Below, piece by piece: positions 8,143 through 17,300 of a DNA stretch of 64,000 nt. The DNA lies in assembly GCA_041666205.1 (NCBI GenBank), contig JBAYHI010000004.1, positions 31,161 to 95,160 on the forward strand, written 5' to 3'. Position numbers and translations under genes: made by a program. Position 1 is the stretch's first letter. Every line of letters starts with the position of its first letter. Origin of the DNA: Patescibacteria group bacterium. GTDB lineage: Bacteria; Patescibacteriota; Patescibacteriia; UBA9934. A model generated the notes under the pieces. That model had not been told where the DNA came from, did not search any database, and saw nothing but the letters and a program-made list of their open reading frames with translations.

Positions 8143-8269
8143 CATTTCTTCCCCTTCGGGGGACTGAAGGCGAAAAATCGCCACCTCGTTCTCGCGCCCG
8201 GCAGACCTCACGGTTTGCCGGGTTCTTTCTTTTAAAGAATCAAATTAAAATATCGAAAATTTCTTTATA

Positions 8270-8815
8270 CTAGGTCGCTCCCTTTAGAATCTTTTCCACG
8301 GCTTCTTGAGGCGACAGAACTCCTGTATCAATCATCAGACTTTCTGCGAATGGAATTGCTTCTTTTATCTTTTTATAATCGTGTAAAATCTGCTTGAGCA
8401 CAGCCGGGTCCGTAAGTTTGTGAAATTCCTTTCGATCCTCTTGCCCCACACGCTTCATCAAATCTTCGTCGTTGCAAGTTAAGTGCACAAACAAAACCGA
8501 ACCACCTTCTTCCCCGACGCGTTCGGCAATAGACTTCAAAATCTCATCATCGTGCTCCCCCGCCCTTGTCTCAAGTCCATAGGCAAACGTCATAATTAGA
8601 CCCTTAAGATGCGCTTGAAATGCCGCGTTGATTGCCTCCGATCGTAATTTGGTTGCGAGATCGATAAACTCATCCGTCCCAAATTCAAAAAATGTATGCA
8701 CGAAATCAGCCACCAAGTGATTATGGAAGAGTCGATAGCCGGTCTCTTTCGCAAGCAATTTTGCGATCGTGAGTTTCCCACTGGCCGGTGGGCCGTATAA
8801 GAGGATGAGGTGCAT
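8270..8815 (-). CDS. P-loop NTPase / small-molecule kinase-like protein (AAA_33-like)
   Basis: 181 aa; Walker A LLYGPPASGKLT at the N-terminus. Confidence 0.65.
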   Translation of the reverse strand: MHLILLYGPPASGKLTIAKLLAKETGYRLFHNHLVADFVHTFFEFGTDEFIDLATKLRSEAINAAFQAHLKGLIMTFAYGLETRAGEHDDEILKSIAERVGEEGGSVLFVHLTCNDEDLMKRVGQEDRKEFHKLTDPAVLKQILHDYKKIKEAIPFAESLMIDTGVLSPQEAVEKILKGAT

Positions 8816-8817
8816 AG

Positions 8818-9606
8818 TTAGATAGAATGAATTTTCTTTGCAACAATAATTAATCGCGGGCTTGAAGTTGAATACCCACCAAATTGATAATCGCCGTAGA
8901 TTTGTTCAATAAAAAATCCTGCCTGGCTAAATAATTCTTTCCACATCTCAAACGTTGGGTATGGCACCACCAACCCATGACTCGCATCTATTAACTCTGA
9001 TCGTTCTGCATTAAACACGAGATCGGAATCAGGATGCTTCTCAAGATGATTCGTGAGACGAAAAACATTATCTGTATCGAGAAGAAAACTCCCGCCAACA
9101 ACAATATTTTCTCCAATAGAACCCAACGCTTTCGACAAATTGATATTTGCCAAATCCGAAAAAAACCAATAGGCGCAATCGTATTTTTTCTCAAGCGCAA
9201 GTTCCATTACATCGGACTGAAAAAAATTTGGGGTACAGATTAGATTCTGATTCATTGACTCTTTTGCAAGATTCAAAAGATGGGAAGAAAAATCAACTCC
9301 ATCTACACAATATCCATGGCGCGCGAGTGCATGAACATGACGCCCCTGGCCACATGCAATATCTAGAATTTGCTGATTCTTATTAAGATCAAGCGCTTTT
9401 ACTAAAAATGCAACGTCCTTTTCAACATCGGCATCGCTTAAAAACTGAGCATGTTCGCTCAGATAGTCGCCGTGTTCTCCATAATAGTGTTTTGTGCCGC
9501 TCTCTTGTGATTGCATATGTATTTTGATGTGTTGATTATGCACGAAAGTTTCAAACCCCACAAACATCAATTCACTTTTTCCTCTCATCTTAGCCCCTTT
9601 TTCCAC
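8818..9606 (-). CDS. class I SAM-dependent methyltransferase
   Basis: 262 aa; motif I ILDIACGQGRH and acidic motif II. 2-nt gap to the kinase-like gene. Confidence 0.75.
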   Translation of the reverse strand: MEKGAKMRGKSELMFVGFETFVHNQHIKIHMQSQESGTKHYYGEHGDYLSEHAQFLSDADVEKDVAFLVKALDLNKNQQILDIACGQGRHVHALARHGYCVDGVDFSSHLLNLAKESMNQNLICTPNFFQSDVMELALEKKYDCAYWFFSDLANINLSKALGSIGENIVVGGSFLLDTDNVFRLTNHLEKHPDSDLVFNAERSELIDASHGLVVPYPTFEMWKELFSQAGFFIEQIYGDYQFGGYSTSSPRLIIVAKKIHSI

Positions 9607-9842
9607 ATTTCATCCCCCAAAAAAGCCGAGCAAAACATTGACAAAAGTCAATTTTTATGCTACGGTTAGTACAGAAAGAGGCCCTGAAAAGCCTCGTGAA
9701 CCTTCCACTTTTCCCACATTCAGGGCACGCACTTGCGAAGCTCTGATATGTGGGACCTACCTACCGCGACTCAGGGGTGATCTTGCTCTTGAGTTGCACC
9801 CAACGACCACCCCGCCCGGGGCACTTCCCTTTGGAGGGAACC

Positions 9843-10622
9843 ATGGTCCGCTCGTTCTTCGTTCTGATTGCCCTCCTCTTCGTGATGTTCCTGGGCGCGG
9901 GATGCAATCCCGACCCCTGCGACGACCCCGAGTTCGCTGCGGCGCACTGGACCGCCTGCGGCGGCGACACCGGCCCCGATCCCGAAGGGGAGGGCCTCGT
10001 GCTCGCGCGGGCGTACGTGCCCGACATGGACGGGGGCTACACCGAGGACACCGCGGTTCCGATCGCGGTCAAGAGGAACCTCGGTGACCTCGAGCCCTTC
10101 ACCGGTCACGCAGGAACCCCGATCCCTGTTCCGGCGCCGAAGTCCTACCTCATCGGGTTTGGGGACATCACCCATACCGATCTCGCCGGTCTCCTCCCCG
10201 TCCACACGGACCCCAACGGGTTCATGATGACGTTCCGGGAGAGCATCGATCAGGTCGAGGTGGCCGAGGGCGAAGAGCCCACGGTCAAGGAGGGCTACGG
10301 CGATGCCTACTGGATGGGCGTCGCCCGAGTCACGGACTGCTTCGCTGGCGAGACCGGTGACGACTGCGAGGTCTACACCGAACCCGGTCAGCAACACGGT
10401 CTCACCGATGTGAACAGCGGCAAGCTGGAGCTTCCGCTCACGCTCGGCAACGATTCGTGGCTCGAGGTCGAAGGCGGCACGGTCAACCTCGCGGGGAAAC
10501 TCGCGGAGAATGGTGCCGAGGTGATCCAGTCGGAAACGATCTGGCTCCCCGAAAGCCTGTTATTCGCCTACGGCGAGGAACCCTACGTGGCGCGCATCAC
10601 CGTCGAGTTCTTCAACGAGTAG
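9843..10622 (+). CDS. hypothetical acidic lipoprotein (high-GC gene)
   Basis: Start MVRSFFVLIALLFVMFLGAGC gives a signal peptide with a Cys lipobox-like site; GGAGGG RBS. Third codon positions about 85% G/C, unlike flanks. ORF-track start 9750 is probably too far upstream. Confidence 0.7.
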   Translation: MVRSFFVLIALLFVMFLGAGCNPDPCDDPEFAAAHWTACGGDTGPDPEGEGLVLARAYVPDMDGGYTEDTAVPIAVKRNLGDLEPFTGHAGTPIPVPAPKSYLIGFGDITHTDLAGLLPVHTDPNGFMMTFRESIDQVEVAEGEEPTVKEGYGDAYWMGVARVTDCFAGETGDDCEVYTEPGQQHGLTDVNSGKLELPLTLGNDSWLEVEGGTVNLAGKLAENGAEVIQSETIWLPESLLFAYGEEPYVARITVEFFNE

Positions 10623-10706
10623 GTAGGCCGTTCTGTCCTCGCAACCTCCGGTATCGCAACTGCGAACGGGGGTTTTGTCTTTTTATGGCCCACCGCCAAG
10701 ACTCAA

Positions 10707-11283
10707 CAGGCCAATAATTATTGGCCCTTACAAATTTATGATTCACAATCCCAATTCTTGGGATTATTTTTTATATAGGCGCGGATGCGATTCAATTCGG
10801 ATTCGGTACGGATAATGCGATCGTGGAATGAACGTTGCCATTGAAAATCATTCATCTGATTTTCATGGCACCATTTCGCCACACCGATTTTATATGCACG
10901 AATGATCGATGAAATCGATTGTGATAATTGCGTTTGCCATGGCACATCTTGTAGGGGCCAATAATTATTGGCCCCTACGGCATGGGATTCATTATTTTTT
11001 ATCACAATAATCCCATGCACATGATCCGGCATAATAATCCATTTATCCAAACACACATTATTAAAATGTCGCGGAATTTGCATCCAATATTCATTTGCAA
11101 TTTTTCCGATCATATTTTGAATCATGTTCCCATTTTGAATTCTGCCAAAATATTGCCCGCGATATTTTGTGCAAATCGTCACAAAATAATATCCCTCCTG
11201 CGAATAATCATATTCTGGCAAACGAATGAATTTTCGAATTGGCCAATTCTTCTTAAACATAAATCCCCAACAAATTATTGGGG
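10707..11283 (-). mobile_element. RAYT gene with flanking REP-like palindromes (GGCCAATAATTATTGGCC variants)
   Basis: Palindromes at 10707..10731, 10951..10981 (inside the CDS, in frame, encoding AVGANNYWPL) and 11265..11283. Confidence 0.6.
10736..11260 (-). CDS. REP-associated tyrosine transposase (RAYT) / IS200-like HUH transposase
   Basis: 174 aa; HUH motif DHVHGIIV and catalytic Tyr region RIRAYIKNNP. Flanked by GTAG-containing palindromes and containing one in frame. Confidence 0.8.
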   Translation of the reverse strand: MFKKNWPIRKFIRLPEYDYSQEGYYFVTICTKYRGQYFGRIQNGNMIQNMIGKIANEYWMQIPRHFNNVCLDKWIIMPDHVHGIIVIKNNESHAVGANNYWPLQDVPWQTQLSQSISSIIRAYKIGVAKWCHENQMNDFQWQRSFHDRIIRTESELNRIRAYIKNNPKNWDCES

Positions 11284-11338
11284 AGATATGATTTTAGTTT
11301 CGAATATTTTTTTCGCTTTGTCAATGCTCGCTGTGGGA

Positions 11339-14300
11339 CTAAGGCTTCACCGTAATCACGCCGTCATAATAAACCCACGGATCAGTCACATCTGTGCTAG
11401 ATGTGGGGTATTCATCGTAATTACACTCACTCAAATCAGCCGTCAAAGCTAAACTGTCATACCCATCAAAACACCCTTCACTATCGTCGGTATTCAATGG
11501 GCCATATGTGCTGCTACAACTCCCCGAACACCAGCCCCAATTGTCGCGCACGTGAACGCGAGGCTGATACACACACGATGATTCATCGGTGCTCTTGCAT
11601 GGGCTATTTTTCACACGGCCATCGATTTCGCTCACTTCGCAAAGTGGCAAACTGGCGAGTGTGGATTTACTGCAACGATAATTATGCGTGTAGTTGAAGT
11701 AATTTGGATCACAGCTTTCCGACGTCATTCCCCACTCCTCGTTGGTATCGCAATAGGTTGTGGTTTGTGAATCATCGGTTAGCCCACGGTGATTCTTATA
11801 ATAGTTGTCCGCCTCTTCCGAGCCCGTAAGATCCAATGCACCCGACGTTCCATCCCCCCAATCCACAAGCACACGGCGAAGTGGCAGTTGATTCTTACCG
11901 GCCGCTGCAAAGAATTTCACATTGGCGCGGAAGAATCCATCCTCGGCACTTTGATCGCCGAGTTCTTGGTCATTGAGCGTGATGGCATTTTCCGATCCTT
12001 CACGGCAGTACAAGCCGTAGCAATTGTTGGTGTCAACCGACATCACAGTTGGAGGTGTGCCATATTCACGATCATCCCAGCTGTCTTCTATCGCTGCTGA
12101 CGCCACGTCTCCCACAGAGCCAGCGCTTCCGTCCTCGATTCCATCATTGAACTGGAACTGGCTGATACTATTTGCAAAAAGCTGCGATAAAATATCGTGC
12201 ACACCAGAGACGCTCGACCCACCAACACCATATTCCGTTTCGCTAATGCCGATGGTATCCCACGTGGATTTCCAAGGGAAGGATTTATCCTCAGCAAGTG
12301 AAAAATTTACAAACGAACGCGCGTCAACATTTGTGAAGTCTTCCACGATCACCGGATTAGTTCCACTCGCGCATCCCAGTGATGTCGGCGCGGTGATTTC
12401 AAACGTAGACGTATTACGACACGCAGCAATGATTGGTGCCATTGGATCAACATCGGCCTCTATTTGCGTTTGCGTTCGCGAAACACCGAATCGTGCACGC
12501 GTTGTTGTTTGAATGTATCCAAATGAACCGGTGAGTGCATCTGCAACCTCGAGTGTATATCCATCGGGTCCCATCACGCGATCTGTATATGCCGCGGCTG
12601 TAATTCCCAATCCATCATCCACTACCGTTGCGGCCTTACAACCAGGATAGAGTTCATATGCTTGTGAGTAATTGTAGAACCCGGTTGCATCAGTTGCGCC
12701 TCCCCCATCTCCATCTACTGTTTGCTCTTCATCAGCATCCAATGTATAGCCATATGTATAACGCTGGACCCATCCAAGATAGGCCTCTTGCCCCAATGCA
12801 ACGCAGTCCTGAACCGCATCCGCAGCTTCATCAAATGCCGCTGGATCAGCATACCAATATGCATCACCGCTATAATCAAATGTCGTACCATCAATAGTCG
12901 ATAAATCCGTCAGTTCCCATGAATCCTCATAGAATTCTGTGTACCCAGTGACGGCATTTTCGCATAATCCTCCTTCCGTTGTATACCCATTTTTTGGCAC
13001 ACAGACAAACGGGCAGTCGTTATCTTCTGTGCTATCGCCTTTACAATAATAATTATAATGAGTTGTTTCCTCACCAGATTTCCAATAATCACCGACAAGC
13101 AAGAAAAATCCTGGCGGACAACCGTCAAAGGCAGCATTATTTGCTACACAGGATTCAAACTCATCTGCCAGGGTTGCATCTGAATAGGAAGCCGATCGGT
13201 TCCGTTCCAAACAGGCAACTGTGCTATCGGTCTTGCTAGCTTTACTTGCCGTCACATTGGCATACGGCGCTACATACGCGCAATACGCTGTTTCTCCTCC
13301 ATCGTATCCAGCCTCCGTATCTTTCCCATACAAATCCGTCTGACCTTTCAACTGATCAACCGGTAACCAGGATAGACATGCCCCAATCGCGCGGTCGCCA
13401 TATAAGTTGGTGGCGCTGTCGCGTTCCAAACAATATCCCGAGAGCCCAACCATGGTATCTTCACGCGTAATTTTCTCACACGTTCCTTCGCTCGCAGATG
13501 TTGTATCAGGATCCTCATCATTCAAACAATCTGTAGACTCATGGCAAATCGCGCCGTTCAAACTTCCGCCTGAACACACCCCGTAGGATGAATCCATGGT
13601 CGTATCAACTCCCAAATACGCTGACTGACTAAGAGCCGAAGAAACTTTCTTGTATGAACACTCACATTCCTCACCCGGCGGACAATATTTTGCCTGTTCA
13701 AATCCTGAAACCGTGGAATATGCCGTTGCGTTAAATCGCGCATTTTCGCCCGTTGGCGCGGTTTCCACTGTTTCCGTTTCTGTCGTTCCATTTGCAACAA
13801 GCCATGTTTTCACAATCCGATCCGGGAATGGAGAATCCGCTTCTGGGAATGCACGGCAACTTGATTCTTCCGCAGTTTCTCCACTGAATTGCGCTCCTTG
13901 AATGGTAACAACACATTCGTCACGGTAGCAGGTTCCAACTTTGGAAATATCCGATGGAATACAAGTGCCACCGGCCGCGCCACAAGAATAATTCAAATCA
14001 CAACTTCCGGTTTCTACAGCGCATTCTCCGGAAAGACAGGTGCCGTTTGTGCAATCCTCATCGTTTGTACAGAGTGTTGTGGAAATTGCATAACACGTTC
14101 CCACAATACAATTTCCAGTATTGCAATCCGTATTTGCCGTGCAAGCAGAACCTGAATCTGCGCAATACCCAACCTGACAGGCATCGCCATACCCTGCGGT
14201 TCCAGAGCAACTACCAGCAGCAAGACCAAGACGATAATCGCGGTTGATGTTTGAAGAACAAACGTATTGAGACGCGGCACCGATCGCAAGACATGGCGTA

Positions 14301-17300
14301 TCGCTCTCACACGCAATATCCGTATAGTACGATCCGTCCTTTAAGGCACAAACTTTCTCTGGCGAAATATCTACTTGATCAAGATGCTGAACCGGATAAA
14401 TATCCGGAACGGCATAGCCGGAATATTCTTCGCCATACCACGAAACATTACGATCCACGTAGCGCGCGGTATCGAGCACAATGGCTGGATCATCTGGATC
14501 CCACTTGGAACAGAATGAAGCATCGCCGGAATTGGAATACTCCGTGCACAAATCAATGGAATCACAAATGGTTTGATATTGACTGGTCTCTTCATCCCAA
14601 ACCGTACGAGACGACGAGCATGTGAGCCATTCCGAACAGGAACGATCGCGATCGACTTGCAAAATCGTATTCGTGTCGTTTGTAAGACGTGTAACAGGAA
14701 CGTCGCTTCCGATCACGAGCCCCGATACAGTCGTTTCGCAACTCCCGGAAACAATGTCGCCCGCATCACTTTCGTAATTTTGACAATCCGAATCCACAAG
14801 ACACGATCCGCCATAAGAATATCCCACCTTTGCGAGTGGCTGACCCGACGTATCGTGAAGAAGCAAATTCTTATACGCGCAACGTTGCGCACACAAATCA
14901 ACCGTGGTGCCGTCGAGCGCGGTAATCGTGCTCGTACCACTGCAATCGATTGGTTTCACCAGCGAATACGGTTCTTCGCCGTAGAGCACATCGGCGTGCA
15001 CACTCGAAATATACGTTGCACTGGTGTTGTAATCTTTGCTTGGGTCGCCCGTATCGTAGAAAAGTACACACCCGTTTTCTTGGCTCACCTTGCCATTGCA
15101 CTTTTGCGCGCCTTGCAAATCATCATCTTCGAGGCGCCCATTGTTTACAAAGTAGTAGGAGGTTCCGGTTGCCGACGTATAGAATTCGTCGTCTTCGACC
15201 GCAAGTGGATCGCGGAATTCCGAGCATCCATTTTCTGCCGAGGTGCAGGTACCAACCATGCCACTATAGGCGCTGTCGCCATTTTGCCAAATGCCCGATA
15301 CTTCTCCACCCACCAAATAAGAACCAATATTTTTCGTGCAGGTTGCATCTGGTCGTGCCGTTGTGCGGCAATCCGAATCCAAACTACAACTGGCGCCATT
15401 ATCTGAGCATCGCCCGGTGCCATAGCAGAAATCACTCGTGCCTGTTACAAACCAACCGTCGTATTTCTTGCTTCCGATTAAGACATTTGTCTTATATTCG
15501 CAAACGCTCGCACCCGGATCTTTGAAATAATACATTCCATCTGACCCGGCATCGTATTCTTCACACATCACCGCATCGCCCGAGCACAAACTCGTGGCAT
15601 ACGTATCCGGATCATTCACAAGATACGTGGACGTCCAACCAGTCACGATCGAACGATCTGCCGAGAGCGTTGGTTCCCCCAGTTCTTGGCATCCAGCGTC
15701 AGCAGAGGAACAGGTATCACCATCGCCAATGATTGCAAATAGATCCGTATCGGCCGGTACAACCACGGTCTCTGGGCCAAAGCTGATATGTGAAAGTCGT
15801 GCGTCGCCTGCCAAATCCGCTTCTGAAATCGAATACGAAAGATCAAATAAGCATGAACTTTCGCCCGCCATGATGGAGCAAAGCTTTGGACTGCTCGTGT
15901 CAAATGTTCCACCCGTTGCAAACAAGTAACAATTCGTTGCCGTGGTGACTGCCCCGCCAGGATTTGAGCAGGTGCCGTTTACAATTTCCGAGCCAATTGC
16001 AGTGGATTGCGCTGTGGTGTAATAGCCCGCACATCCAACACTTGAATCGCTACACAAACGACTGAATGATCGCAAATTCACGGTATCGCCTTCGGAACTT
16101 GTGTAGGCAGAACACCCTAAGTGATATTGCGGAGAATTATTGCCAAGCGAGTTTTGATCGCAAACTGCCGGCGTTGACCAAGAATTTGCAATGAGCGTCA
16201 AATCTTCTTCCCCTTCACGCAAAACGATATTGTCGATGTAGAACGTACCAGCCGTTGTTGGATTGAATACAATCACCGATCCATCGCCAAAGGTTGGATA
16301 TTTACTTGATGAAATATCAACCGGTCCTACGGAATAGCGTTGCCACTCATCGGTGAGTTCTACTCCGTTTTCCATGACAGCATCAATGGATGGCGTACCC
16401 GATGCTTCCGTATCAAACCCGATATTGAGTTTGCCAGAACCCTTTGCCCAGAACGTGAGCGTATACGTTTTATTTGCGTATAAATAATTCGTGAGCGTTC
16501 CGCAATAATTCTCGCCATTATTTACCGTGCATGAACCTCCCAACACCGCACCCGAAGAAAGACAACCCGCTTCGGTGGCGCAGGCCTCTTGGTAGAAATA
16601 GGTCCAAATGGTATTGCCGTCTGACGCAATGGAGTGACCATCGGTTGCAACGGATTCATTGGAAAGCGTAACCGCGGTGGCACTTCCCGCATCCCAATCG
16701 CTCAAGGATCCACCTTCAAATAATTCTTCAAATACTTTTCGGCTATTATTGCTTTGACCGCCAGAATAATTTCGGCACCCATTTTCACTTTCTTTACATT
16801 CAATGCTTTCCGAACTCAAGCCATAGAATTTGCAGGTAGAAATCGCCGTGTCAAAATAGCCACCCGCGTCTTCACAATTTGCTTGTCCATCGTCCACGCC
16901 ATCGGCATCGCCGTCGTTTCCAAGCCCGGCGATTTCGGTTTTACGATAGGTGGAGCATTGGTCCGATACCGTAACTGTATAATCCCATTCGCGGTAATGC
17001 AGGTCGCCATTTGCATCGTAAAATTCTCGACAATCCGGATTGGAGTAAATGTCGTCGTGTTCGTCGCATGTTTCCGTGTAGCGATCCACAATGAAGTCGC
17101 CACTGTCGTCGCTACAGGCAATGCCGCTTGCACTTGCGGTCCATGTTGTACACGGTGCTGCCCCAACATTGGTTTCTGCAACACCTCCGTAGGAATAGGA
17201 TGTATTGTCGAGGTTTGATTCAAGCAAATACCAGGTGCGAAGTTGATAGCCCGTATCGTCGGACCCTTCCCAGGTATAGAACACCGCCATATTGTCGTCG

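Noticed and set aside
8064-8250. tmRNA starting at the odd tRNA and extending through the three downstream hairpins
   Set aside because: The T-arm and CCA end come only 79 nt after the 5' acceptor strand, so it is tRNA-sized. The downstream hairpins (UUCG-loop hairpin, GGCGAAAAATCGCC, CCCGGCA...TGCCGGG plus T run) are better explained as processing and terminator structures.
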